From: Narcine bancroftii
Taxonomy: Eukaryota
NCBI RefSeq assembly: GCF_036971445.1
Contig: NC_091480.1
Coordinates: 81,158,001-81,222,000 of the forward strand
DNA length: 64,000 bases
Direction of reading: 5' to 3'
Shown here piece after piece: positions 24,940-37,134 of the stretch (position 1 is the first letter of the stretch; every line of letters begins with the position of its first letter). Under the pieces are notes generated by a model, which saw only the letters and a list, made by a program, of their open reading frames with translations, ran no database searches and was not told the DNA's origin. A program made the position numbers and the translations under genes.

Positions 24940-27900
24940 TATATCAGGAGTAGGTAAAGAAGAGATGAGAGTAGTGTAACCAGGTGGAGGTGGGCTGCAT
25001 TTTGGTAGAATAATTACATTGCCAGAATTTTATTCAGAAATCGTTACAGGTGACCACAATGTCACCCCATGATTCAGATGACTTCTGTGTGTTACAGTCA
25101 GTGACTCTCAATCAGAAAATGGACACCAACACCAGGATGGTTCACAGAGAGAAGGATCAGTTGACCGAATCCAGGCGCAGGATGCAGGCAGTGGAGATCG
25201 ACCTGCAAACTATGCTCAGTGTGGTGAGTGTGGCCCTCAGTCCGGTACACAGACACTGTTACTCTCCACTCACACATTGACTTGGTTACTGACTATCAAC
25301 CTTTACGTGCAGAAATCATCTTTGGAAAACAACCTGCAGGAGATGGAGGATCACTATGCTGACCAGCTCTTCAACCTTCAGAACATCCTGAGTCAGCGGG
25401 AGTCGGAGTTGTCCCAGGTCTTGGTTGAAATGAACAGGCATTCCCAGGAGTACTCACAACTGGTGGATATCAAAACCAGGCTGGAAATAGAAATTTCCAC
25501 ATACCGTCGCCTTCTGGATGGACAGGATATGAGGTGGGACAACTATCAGCACCCAGCCCCACCCCAGCTATCTCTGTCCTTCCCCTTCACTAAGCCAAGC
25601 TTCCTGTTAATGATACATAATTTTGGATGAACAGTCATTAGCAGGGATAAATGGCTTAATGGCCAATGGCCCAAGGCCAAGTACAGACAGGCTGGAGAGT
25701 CCAGTCCAGGTAATTTACATGGATAAAATGACAAGGTGTACACTAATGGGTGGGGCGGGACCAAACCTTGATTGGCAAACCTTGTATCCTCCAACTCGTG
25801 ACAGCCACAACCCTTCCCAATACAGCCCAAAGGAAACTCATACAGACAAAACTCCTTATAGATGGCGCAGGATTTGAACCCATGTCTGTAACAGCATTGT
25901 GCTAACCTGCTACACTAACCATGCCACCCACATTGGATGATTTGATAGTCACCTCGACTGCTCAATACTGCAATACCCTCTCAGGTATCTCTTTGTCCAA
26001 AAAACATCCAAGACCCTGCCTCTGCTGTGCTTTGAGGAAAACTCATCGCAATAGGAGAGAAATAACTTCACACCTTTGCTTTAATTGGACCCCCCAGCCC
26101 CCAATTCTACATTTTTCCCCTTCTCTCTACATGCACAAAGAGGGCCCCTCAGAGTCCTGGGGGTTTGGAATGCTGGCTGGCACACTGGGGCATTTCCCAG
26201 TCTGAGGGAGAGGCTGCTCAGGTTCACAGTACTGGAAATTCTGAAGAACAAGGGGGAGGCATGGGCCCACACTGGTAAGGGGTCCATCAGCCCACCTCCT
26301 CCTCCACTGAATCTGCCTTCTGGGCCAGGCACACTGCCCTCCTTCACCTGTCCTCTCGGCCTCCAGTGGAGAGTTCAAAGGATGAGTGTTGAACACTCCC
26401 TCTCTCCAGAGGAGTGCTTTGCACTCAGAGAGCAGGTCTCACAATGCCCTGTTCTGTGCTGCCATACCAAATGTTCAGACACCCAGCAGCATGGTTTAGT
26501 GGGGTTCTGGGCCTTGCTCCATGTACCCCAGTGCTGTCCATCCTTGTAGACGAGGACCAGTGGTAACATCAGCCCCCTCAATGTCCTCAATCACTTCATC
26601 ACCTTTCCAAGATGCAGTGCTGCAGTGAGCTTATTGCTGCATTTTGGCTGCCTTGGAGACCCCCCCTAAAACCTAAAGTACTTGTAGGAAAATCACTTCC
26701 AATTACCTTGATGCTGCTTTCCGCAGAGGCTTCATCATCCTGACCTCCGGACTCACCCCATTTCACTGGAGCTATCTCTAGCCCTTCGTCCACTCCCGCT
26801 GAGGGCCAATCCTCACCTAAAACCTGTGAGCCACTCATCACTAACCTTCATGCTTCAGAGAATTGTAATTGATTAGTTGTTTTCTCGATGCCCAATTCTA
26901 ACATTCTTATTTCTGTCTCCCTGCCAGTTATTCAACAGAAATCAGTTCCGTAGAAACCACCAGAGGTAAGCACTAAGTAGTTTATCACCATTGAGTATGT
27001 TTCTGAGATTGATCAAATGTTTGCAAAGAGGGAAGGCGAGTGATACATTTAAATAAATGTTAAATCTGATTTTTAAAATTTAGACTTTCAGCACCTTAAC
27101 AGGTTCTCTGGCCCATGAACACCATTCAGCCCAAATATCCCAATTAACCTACAACCCCCATGCGTTTTGAAGGGTGGGAGGAAATTGGAACACCTGGAGG
27201 AAGCCCACGCAGGCACGGGGAGAACATACAAACTCCTTTTAGATAGCGCCGGACTCCAACCCAGGCCGCTGCCCTGTAACGGCATTGTGCTATCCATTAC
27301 GCTAAACATGCACTTGCTCCTTCCTCCCTCTGGGATGTATGTGTATTGCTCCTCCTTGTCCTCAGGCTCGCTGCTGTGAACTGGGAAAGAGCCACGTGTT
27401 CCAAAGCATTTGGGTCCAGGGGTGCAATTAGAGAACAGTGATCTACACACACCTGAGCTGTTGCCAACACTGGGTGCTCTGGGGTCTGACTCTCCCTTCT
27501 TAACCATGGGGGCTCTGCAATTAAGGAAGCTGAATGAATTATAGTTAAACCGATTTAAAAAAAAATAGGGAAAGATTGCGCTTGGAAGTAAAACCAAGAA
27601 AAGGAAATTAATTTGTTTAAATCTAAATTTGAAAAGTATCGTTAGTGATCTTTCTACCTGAAGGAAAGAGATTTCAAATTTTGATGTCTCATTTTCTGGG
27701 CCAGGAGAGTGGTTGGTTGGCAGTAGAAGTCATCACCGTGACAAAGGGATACTCAGCATTGACTGGCATACTTAGATTTTCAATCATGATCTACGTAAAT
27801 GTGTGCAAAATCCAAGCAAGTTTGGAAAGAATAAAAGAATGGTAGATCTTTGGAGATAAAAGTAGACAAATTCCAGAGCTCTGCCAATGTCTACATCCTG

Positions 27901-28869
27901 AATAAATTGCAGCTCTATGCTTGAGTATTGCGCTTTATTACACAGGTAGGTTGGCAGCAGTACAAAATGTTCTGTCACCAGCATCGCACTGTCCATTCAC
28001 CCATACTGAATTTCTGAACGTACATTAACTCATGAAAACTAACTCACCAGACAAGTTTTCAGATTTGCTGCTCCAGATGTTCTAATCCTCTCGGTGGCTC
28101 CCATTGAGACCCTAACCCAAACAGGTTTCACTACACCACTACACATGCACGGTGGCTCACCTCACCGAAAACCAGAGGTGAAGCCCTTTTAAGGAGAGGG
28201 AGTCGGCATGAGCAGCCCTGAACTCAAAGGCCAACACTCTCATCTCTGAGACAGGGGACTCAGGAGGCACCTTCTGCTCCTGCCAGCACTTCAGTGTGGC
28301 TCCAAGGGACTGCTGACGATGCCATCATTCTGACCAGATGTTGAACTGAGAATTCATCCAGACTCTCAGCTGGGCAAAGACCCATCAACATTTCTCACCA
28401 ATATCCTGGCCTCAGGTCAAAAGATTTTAGTCGATTATCTTTCACGTTGCTATTGTGGCATCTTGCTGTGTACAGATTAGTTGCAGAATTTCTTACGTCA
28501 CTACACTCAGTGACTCTGAAGGGGATCTCCTTTGTTTCTTTCAATATCTGGTGATGGTGAATGTATATCTGCCTTACAGTAGAGTAAATGCAATTTTGTG
28601 TAATATTATCTCTGTTTTATTGCATGAAAATAAAATAATCCTGAATCACTTCCAAAGTATTTCATTGACTGCAAAGGTGTTTTAGGATCTCAAATGTGTG
28701 GAAAGTGTATACACAACCTTTACAGTTCGCTTAGTTTGAATCATTACAATATTGATTTCTTCCAGAGCCAGAAGTGGTGACCACTAGGAAGGTTGTAACC
28801 ATTACTGAGACAATCATTGATGGGAAGATTGTTGCCTCCCATCAGGAAGAGAGTGTCGCTCCCTCTTAG
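17838..28869 (+). CDS. Type I keratin, 8 coding exons, 440 aa: 17838-18269, 19847-19929, 22978-23134, 23829-23990, 25098-25223, 25313-25533, 26928-26965, 28766-28869
   Basis: Helix-initiation motif [24 protein letters not shown], then [12 protein letters not shown] and helix-termination motif [17 protein letters not shown]. All introns are GT-AG with consistent phases. Exon sizes 83/157/162/126/221 are canonical for type I keratins. Tail [22 protein letters not shown]. Confidence 0.95.
18741..18880. repeat. Degenerate ~19-20-bp tandem repeat in keratin intron 1
   Basis: About 7 copies of cctggcctgtgcgttcatc. Confidence 0.8.
19847..19929 (+). CDS. Type I keratin exon 2 (83 nt)
   Basis: [28 protein letters not shown]; AG acceptor, GTGAGT donor. 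Confidence 0.95.
20028..20724 (-). mobile_element. Young 5'-truncated RTE-clade LINE inserted into a SINE (about 19966-20870)
   Basis: Uninterrupted 213-codon minus-strand frame HKRVWKNN...LLFGSESW...[11 protein letters not shown]...[22 protein letters not shown]. Tail gccaagccaaagaag. 9-bp TSD TACTCAATT at 20019-20027 and 20725-20733. Confidence 0.92.
21130..22100 (+). mobile_element. Fragmented CR1 LINE pieces in keratin intron 2
   Basis: [16 protein letters not shown] and LKHCVFWSP remnants plus 3' CR1 text. Confidence 0.6.
22978..23134 (+). CDS. Type I keratin exon 3 (157 nt)
   Basis: [52 protein letters not shown]. Confidence 0.95.
23829..23990 (+). CDS. Type I keratin exon 4 (162 nt)
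   Basis: [54 protein letters not shown]. Confidence 0.95.
25098..25223 (+). CDS. Type I keratin exon 5 (126 nt)
   Basis: [42 protein letters not shown]. Confidence 0.93.
25313..25533 (+). CDS. Type I keratin exon 6 (221 nt)
   Basis: [15 protein letters not shown]...[20 protein letters not shown]. Confidence 0.95.
26928..26965 (+). CDS. Type I keratin exon 7 (38-nt mini-exon)
   Basis: Strong polypyrimidine acceptor and GTAAGC donor. Encodes [13 protein letters not shown]. Its phases (2 in, 1 out) are needed to join exon 6 to exon 8. Confidence 0.85.
28766..28869 (+). CDS. Type I keratin exon 8 (terminal)
   Basis: [34 protein letters not shown]. Confidence 0.92.
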
Positions 28870-28949
28870 CCAACCTCTTCTCCCCATTGAGATCCTATAA
28901 TCCTCAGAAGACAATTGTCTCAGATCTCTCTGGGTTTCTGGTGCCTTCA

Positions 28950-28955
28950 AATAAA
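28950..28955 (+). terminator. Keratin polyadenylation signal
   Basis: AATAAA about 80 nt after the stop, with ATTAAA and a GT-rich tract downstream. Confidence 0.7.
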
Positions 28956-29169
28956 GGAGTTTCTTGTGATGCATTAAAACGTGTGTCTGATTTATTGGTG
29001 TCAGTGGGTTGTGGTTATTGGTAATGAGCTGGTGGAAGGCAGAATGAACAACTAAGTGGATTGGGGGATGACAGAGAAACAGGCCCTTTGGCCCACTGAA
29101 CCTCTGGATCACGAGAGGCTGAGGAATAGAGTACATATGACAAATGAGGCAGACGTAGGGCCAATAGGG

Positions 29170-29965
29170 ATTTTTTGGAATATTTTATTTTTGATTTTAC
29201 AGACTCATGCATTTCAAACAACACAGGATAACATTCATCCCCTTTTACAGAGTCTAATATAACAAGTTTTTTTTTCCCCTTCCTCCTCCACCCCTCCAAT
29301 CCCAAAATGATAAATCAACAAACACATATTAGTCACAAAAGAAAATAGAACACAGCAGTATAACAATGGTTACAAATGGGTCATAGAAACAATCCAAAGA
29401 TAACATAAGCAGAAAAGATACCTGGGTAACTCAAGGTACACTGAAAAAAAAATCAAAAATAAATTGGGGTGTATCGACCGGGTCTCAGAGTAATTTCTTC
29501 AATCCCAGCATTCCAGGACTGGCGTTAACTTACCACCACCACTCCTTTTAAAGAAAAGATGTGGGGGGGGGGGTGTGCGTTTAATCATACCTGCATCCCA
29601 ATGTACTGCAAGTATGGTTGCCGCACTTCAACATACGTGCCAGAGCTCCGCCTCAGATTGTAGGTGATTTTCTCCATGGGAACAGCTCCATGCTCCAATG
29701 TGTGGGGCTCAGCTGGGAGTTCAATAGTCAATACGAATAGAGCTGGGGATAGTGGATAACCTTGTCTACTAGACCTGGTTAGTGGGAAGGCTGGAGATGT
29801 TTGGCCCTGGGTTTATGATACAGCGCCTTGACCCAATTTATGCCTCAACCCGCTTTCCAGCACTTTAATCAAGAAATCCCACTTCAGCCTGACAAAGGCC
29901 TTGTCTGTATCCAGAAGGACAACTACTCTTAAGTCCGCCTTTGAATGCACCAGATGTATTATATC
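29170..29965 (-). mobile_element. Older L1 fragments (3' end and an RT piece)
   Basis: Minus-strand VVLLDTDKAFVRLKWDF and RSSRQGYPLSPALFVLTIE remnants, with a T-rich tail. Confidence 0.65.
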
Positions 29966-32052
29966 TTTTGTAAATTTTATTTATTAAATCATGATAGATA
30001 TGTTAAACATACGATAATGAATAGAACTTAGAAAACACAAAATACATACATGATTTTTGTATGTAGATAAAAAAACACTAAACCCCTACAACCCCCCCAC
30101 CCCCTGCTCTAACCCACCCACCCCCCTCTAATCTACCCCCAAAAAGAAAGAAGAAAGAGGAGATCACAATACATAAAATTCATCAATTAATTACCATGGT
30201 TCGGAGCAAGACCACTAACCTGCGGAAAGGAGATTTAATAATTCAATCCCATATAATCCAAATATGGGCTCCGTGTTATCAAAAAATGAGTAATTATTAC
30301 ATAAATTATATGTTATCTTTTCCAATGGAATACGATCTCATACATTATATGTATGAGATGGCATACATCGCTAAATACTCAAATTAGTCTCATTTTTCCA
30401 AGTAATTGCCAAACATTTTACAGCTACAGCTAAATCCAATCTCAAAAAAGCAATTTGAAATTTATTTAATTTTAATTCTAAACTCAACTTTTTAATATTA
30501 CCCAACAAAAATACTAAAGGATCTAATGGAAGTTTCACTTTAAAAATAGCTTCTAAAAGTTCCTTAAATCTATTCCAAAAGTGTTTCACTGTCTCACATA
30601 ACCAAGTGGAATGTAAAAAAGAACCCATTTTCTTATGACATCTAAAACATAATTCTAAAGAAATAAACTTATATTTCTTTAAATATAATTGATGAATAAA
30701 ATTATAATGAACAAATCAATACTTTACATTTATAATTTTAGTCATATTAATTCATCCAATCATCCTGAGAAATACATATAGCTAAATCTTTTTTCCATTT
30801 TAATCTAGATTTATGAATATCTGGCTTAAGCATTTTATTTTGTAATAACGCGTACAATCTCAGATATAAATCCTTTCTTGCCACCTTCTCTACATCAAGA
30901 GAAATAACCATTGTTAGGTTAGATTGCTCCCAAGAAACAATCGTTAAAGAAATTAACTTTACAATATTATCTACTGAATACCGATTTTTAATAAAACCCA
31001 CCTGGTCTACATGAATTAAACCTGGTAAATATTTAGCTAACCTATTAGCTAGAACCTTTGCCACAATTTTATAATCAACATTTAATAAGGAAATAGGTCT
31101 ATAAGATCCTCCTTTCAATGGATCCCTTTCTTTCTTAAGAATAACTGTAATAATTGCTTTAGAAAAAGAATCTGGAAAAGAATGAACCTCTGTCAGCTGA
31201 TTCAGTACATCCATCAACAATGGGATTAATAAATCCTGAAATTCTTTATAAAATTCAGAAGTAAAACCATAATTCCCTGGAGACTTCCCACTAGGCATAG
31301 ATCAAAGTGCATCTATTACTTCTTGAGCAGTAAAAGAAGCATCTAATAACTTTATCACTCAAAAAAGGTAGATCCAAATCAGATAAAAAAAATTATCAAT
31401 TTTGTCCTCATCCTCCAATACTTCAGAAGTGTACAATTTTTCATAAAACTTACAAAACACATCATTAATTTCCTGAGGTTTATATGTAATCATTGAATTA
31501 TGTCTAATAGCATTTATTGTTTTAGAAGCTTGTTCTGTTTTTAACTGACAAGCTAATAATTTGTGAGCTCTTTCGCCCAATTCATAATACCTCTGTCTAG
31601 TTCTCTGTAATAATTTCTCAAATTTATTAGTTTGTAACAAATTATATAACTTCATATGAACTAAACGTACTTTCTTAGCTTCTGCAGAATTTCGCTGTAA
31701 ATCCTTTTCCAAAATCTTTATCTCCTCCTCCAATCTACTTACTTCGGCTACATGTAGTTTATTAATTTTAGCAGTATAACTAATAATTTGTCCGCTTAAA
31801 TAAGCTTTTAAAGCATCCCTTAAAACAAATTTACTATCTACTGAATCCATATTTATTTTTGAAAAAAGTGTATTTGATCCCTTATAAATTTACAAAATTC
31901 AAAATTTTTCAACAGCAAAGAATTAAATCTCCAATGATAAACATTTTCAATTCTCTCCGAGTCAGTACACGTTATTAATAACAAAGAACGATCAGACAAA
32001 ATCCCACTCTTATATTCAACCTTCAATACCCGGCCTTGTAATTTTGCTGATG
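29966..32052 (-). mobile_element. L1 3' segment: ORF2 from the endonuclease C-terminus to the 3' UTR, with an internal deletion
   Basis: GILSDRS (SDH region), WRFNSLLL, ALKAYLSGQIISY, KSPGNYGFTSEFYK, SYRPISLLNVDYKIVAKVLANRL, ISLDVEK and GSFLHSTWLC. Confidence 0.88.
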
Positions 32053-34820
32053 AGGGAGGGAGAACACATGGAGAGACACCTTCCCCGGCAGAACTATTAA
32101 AAACCAGTTTTTAAAGTTTTAAAATGTTTTCAGAAAGTATTGAACACATTGCTGAAATATCCTATAAGTAACTATGAAGAAAACAAAGCATAAACACCAA
32201 AAAAAAAGATTCCTAAACAGCTATCAAGCACAAAGAATTTGAGCCTGTTAGAAATTAAAGTACCTTTAAAGAAATTGCTCGAGACAAAAATTGAGAACAA
32301 AGAACATTTATTACAACAACGTTGCAAAGTTGGGTGCTTCCCCTTACCCTGGGAATACACACCTACACTAGGGCTCACCCAACTTTTATACAGTCGATTT
32401 CAGTATCAGAGTGCCCTCCCCCTTACATTCTTCTGCCCCCTGGATGGATTTGGCATAGGCAATCCTTCCTGCCTACGTGCAGTTTCAGTACACTTGGAGG
32501 ACCAGGGGGTATCCTGTGGGTGTCCCCTCATGTCATTGTCCTTATTCACACCTTCCTGATTCTCGGGGCTACAATCTCTTGGTATGCAGAGTTGGCTCAT
32601 TCTATCTAGGGTTGGCTAATTTCATATGTATAAATCTGTGTAAGGTTAGCTAATTAGATATGTAGGACTTGGTACTTCTATCTAGGGCTAGGAGACCTTT
32701 ATCTGATCCAGACTACCTCAACTTCCTACATTCTATTGTACCTTACCATTCCTTTTCTTAGTCTTATGGTGGCTCTTGTCACACAGAAGATTCTTATGTT
32801 AATCGTGCTGACTCTGCTTTCCTGCATCCTAATCCCCAAGCTCATCCTGTTTGTACTGGTTACAGCCATTAACTGATGAATTTTAGTTTCTTCCATGTTC
32901 ATAATTTTAGATCAATTTTCCCATCTCTCACAGGCCTAACTTTGAAGTGAGACCTCCAGAGTCGATTCCCCCTCATCCCCGTCCACAGTGCCAGTCCTCC
33001 GGTAGGATTCACTCTGCACTGGCACCAACTTTGCGCAGTGCTGCAGAAGATGGCGCCGGCACCTGATGTCATCCTCCTCTGGACCTGGAACAATCGCACA
33101 TGCGCGTTATATTGAATGTGGCCCAGGTTGCGGGGGGACCTGACCTCTCTCGACCCAGTGATCCTGGGCTGACAAGAGGGGGGGGGAGGTTCCACACCAC
33201 AGTCGGGCTGAAGCGGTTTTAGCATCAGCGGAGAAAGAGGAAGGAGACACTGGAGGACTGGAAGAAGAAGAAGAAGATCAAGGAATGGAGGAGGAAGAAA
33301 CTGGTTTTTATATAAGGGTAGGCCCATAGTTAAACAGGCTTTAAAGTTTAAATCTGATCCACATCATTCAGATTCAACTTCACAAATTAATATATCTGAA
33401 CAGATTGAAAATTTGGCAATTCAGATGGGTCAAGGTTTTTCATCTGTGAAGGAACAGCTTGCTGACATGAAGGGGGAAATATCTTCTATTAAGCTGGATG
33501 TGACAAAGTGTCTGAAAGTGGTGGACAAAGTGCAAGATAAATTTACAAAGATTGAAGAAGATTTTCTTGCTTGTGAAGATGATGTGGAACAATGTAAAGA
33601 AAAGATGGGATAGATGGAGGATTCATTTACTGGTTGGGAAATTTAGAGAAGTGATTCGTTGAAGAATATTGATGCTTTGGAGAATTGAAGTCGAAGGAAT
33701 AATGTAAAAAATTGTTGGTCTTCCAGAAGATTTTGAAGGTCTGGACCCTTTTTTCAGAAGTGGATTCCCAAAGCTTTGGGAAAAGAATATTTTTCGAATG
33801 GTCTGAAATTGGATAGAGCTCATAGAGCGATAAGAAGGAAACCTCTTCCTGCTCAAGCTCCACATTCTATCCTGAATAATTTTAAGAGTTGCTGATCAGA
33901 ATGTGAAAAGTAATCAAGGCTGTTAAGTAGTTAAAAATAAGACTTTTTATGCTGATTTGAGTCAAGCTGTTATTAAACGTCGTAAAGAATTTAATTCAGC
34001 AAAAGCTGTTTTGTGAAAGAAAGGATATAAGTTTGCTTTTTGGTGTCCTTGTGTACTTAAAGTTTTTTATGGAGATTTTCAATCTCAGTTCTTTAGTGAC
34101 GCTGCCGAAGCTCTTACATTTGCCAATTCTTTACCGGATAATAAACAGTTGCAAAGTCAAGAATCCATTCTTCAACACCCTGTTCTAGTTCTGAAGAAGA
34201 AGAATGGAAGGCAAGAGAAGGAATCTCAGCAGTTGATTGATATTGATGATGATCAACTCATGAGAGATTTGGAGGAAGCATTTCACACTGGAATGATTTG
34301 TTTGTATTTTTTTTGTTCTGTTCGGGGAGGTGGTGGCTACTGATCCTTCTGATGGCATTGGTCACTCCCGTATAATTGAGGGGGGTAATACTGTAGGACA
34401 GTATTTTGTTTTTGTTTGGGTTTTCTTTCTTTTTTTCTTTGAGGAGATCTTTTGGTCCTTTTTGTGTGGTCACCATGGGGAAGTGTTTCGCCATGTGTGG
34501 TGAGGTGGTTATTGAAATGATTTTTAATGATGGCTAATTTAAATTTTACTACTTTTAATGTGATTGGGCTTAATAACCCAATTAAGAGAAAAAGAGTGTT
34601 GGCGTATATCAAAAAATTGAAGGTTGATGTTGCTTTTTTTTTTGCAAGAGACTGAGAAGGAACATCAGAAATTAAAAAGAGATTGGGTTGGACAAGTTAT
34701 AGCGTCTTCTTTTAATTTGAAAGCAAGAGGAGTGGCTATTTTGATGAATAAAAAATTATCTTTTAAATTGGAATCAGTTATTGAGTTAGTTGGTAGGCTT
34801 TTGATTGTTAATTGTAAAAT
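32053..34820 (+). mobile_element. L1 5' segment (short 5' UTR, ORF1 from about 32174, spacer, ORF2 endonuclease N-terminus from about 34529), inverted relative to the adjacent 3' segment
   Basis: ORF1 remnants SRRNNVKIVGLPEDFEG, WIPKALG, DRAHRA and FYADLSQAVIKRRKEF. ORF2 start MANLNFTTFNVIGLNNPIKRKRVLAYIKKLKVDVAF-LQET...KARGVAILMNK. Confidence 0.85.
32246..32932 (-). mobile_element. ERV-like solo LTR (687 bp) inserted in L1 ORF1
   Basis: TG...CA termini and flanks agcc/ggcc (4-bp TSD with 1 mismatch). Minus-strand TATAAAA at 32384-32390 precedes minus-strand AATAAA at 32307-32312. Confidence 0.65.
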
Positions 34821-35689
34821 GATGATTTTTTTTGTAGGGTTTGTTTTTTATTTCTTTCCACCCCTTTCTTTCTTACCTGTTGCCCTTTCTGTTATTTTTT
34901 TTTGTTAGTTTTCCTGGCTGTATTTATTCACTTTTACTTTGGCTTTTCCTAGAGTTCTGGTCCCTACGTCTACTCTCTCTTCCACATTATGTGATTCCCC
35001 AGGCCAATATTTTTTACCCTCAGGGAGCAAAATATCAAATACCAAAAAACATAGCTTTAATGTGAGGCGGCTGGGTGGGGTGGGGGGGGGGGGGAAGTTT
35101 AAAGAAAGGAGATCAGTTTTTTTTTTACACAGAGAATGGGAGGTTGCCTGGGGAAGTGATTCAGATTTATTGTTAGAGTACATACTCGCCATCACATACA
35201 ACCCTGAGATTCTTTTTCCTGCCGGCAAGGCAGAAGTACCACTTATTGGTAGTGCAAAAAACTGTACTCCATGGACATATGCAAACAATTATAGACATGC
35301 AGAGAAATGGCTGAAGCAGGTATTTGACTGGGATGGGTGGGTGGTTGGGTGGGGTGGGGGCAAAGGAGATAAATCACATGCAGGCAGTTTAAATTGGCAG
35401 CCTGTTCCTGCTGGGTACTATTCCATGTTTTAAGACCACTAATCGTTCAGATATGGTTTCCATCTTCACTCCGCAAGGAGTTTCTGACCTGGAACGCTGC
35501 AGCAGGTAGGCTAACCAAACCCCATGCAAAAGCTGCACCAATTCTCACCAAATTGTTCTCCCTCCCTGTGATGAGTTGGGGACCATAAGTGCACATAGGA
35601 GCAGGAGGCAGTTATAAGGTCCGTCTAGCCTGCTACACCATTCAAGATCATGCAGTGGTCAGTTCCACTTGTCTCCTGCAATGCACAAA

Positions 35690-36780
35690 CATGCTGGAGA
35701 AAGTCATCAAGTCACCTAGAAACCAACGTTTCAACTGTATATGAAGAAGGGCTCAGGCATGAAATATTGGTTATTCTTTACTTCCTATTGACGCTGCATG
35801 ACCTGCTGGGTTTCTCCAATATGACTGTGTATTGGACTCAACCCCAGCATCTGCAGATTTTATTGTTTAACCCCACTTACCCTCCTGTTCCCATAACCTA
35901 CAAGTCTCTGGCTATTCAAAAATCTATCTAAATCATCTATATTATGGAGAGCAGCTTGGATGTGGAGGCACTTCTGACAAGTTGTAGAAAGTCATGTGAT
36001 TGGTCAGAGATTCTTCACACAGCAAAACATGATGTCTTCATCAAGCCATTCCCCCAGCAAAATGTTTTACCTGAGCAGCAGAGCACTCCCCCTGAGGTTA
36101 CACTGTGTCACCAGACTATCAGTGAGATTAGGCACAGAGTGGGAGATCATTTTGTTGAGCACCTCAGCTCTGTCTGCCGCTATAGTGTGGATCTCCCAAT
36201 TCACTTCCCTGCCCCATTCCCTGGCTGACATGTCTGTCCATGGTCTCATGCACTGCCATACTGAGACCACCCCAAATTGGAGGACAACACTTCCTCAAAC
36301 TGGATGACGTTAAACCAACCCCTCCTTCTTTTTATTCCCTGGTCACCTTTCCCCAGCTCTCTCTTCCTTCCACCCCCCCCCCCACCCCATCTCATTTCAC
36401 AGAGCCAAAATCAATTCTCATCTCCCCTCTTATCAAATCCAATTAACATCTTTTGTTGGCCTGGTTTCCTTCTCAGCCAACACTGTCTATTCTGAAGCCT
36501 TCCTGAAGCTTATTCCTTGAAGAAAGGCTCAGGGCTGAAACATCAGTAATATAATGTATAATATAATATAATATAATGACTGACATTATGGGGGTGAAAT
36601 GACTTTGAACTGTTTTCTATTTTTGTAAAAGATTTATTGGGAATAAAGTCTATTTCTGGTTTAAAAAATATCTTCACTTCCTGTGGACGCTGCAAAACCT
36701 GCTGGTTCCTCCAGCATTTCTGTGCATTTTTGCTACAATCACAGCACCTGCAGATTTTCATGTTTCAGTCTAGATGATAT
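35690..36780 (+). mobile_element. Penelope-like element remnant (GIY-YIG endonuclease and pseudo-LTRs)
   Basis: TISEIRHRVGDHFVEHLSSVCR resembles the GIY-YIG motif YIGETxRxLxxRFxEH. Pseudo-LTR motifs at 35741 and 36517. Confidence 0.65.
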
Positions 36781-37134
36781 AACATCTGTGTGTGGCCTGC
36801 AGGTTGAGAGCTGTCCACTGACTAAAGGAATAAGTGAATCCTGCAATTTACACTGACCTTGGGCAACTCCCTGGTGTGGACAAACCTGACAAATTATTTG
36901 CCACCGAAGTTTCTCTGGTTTTGTGTAGTACAGGTGATTGATGGAGGACTTTATAGATGTTTATATAACATCATGAGGGGCAGACACAAAGTAAATTGAG
37001 AAGGTAAATGCTAGTCTAAGGTAAATGCTTTTGCTTCTCTTTCCCCCTTACCTTAAAGGGCACTGAGCCACACTCATGAAAACTCTTTGTCTCACGGCAT
37101 GCAGAACAATTTTGTGTATAATTTTGTTCTGTAC

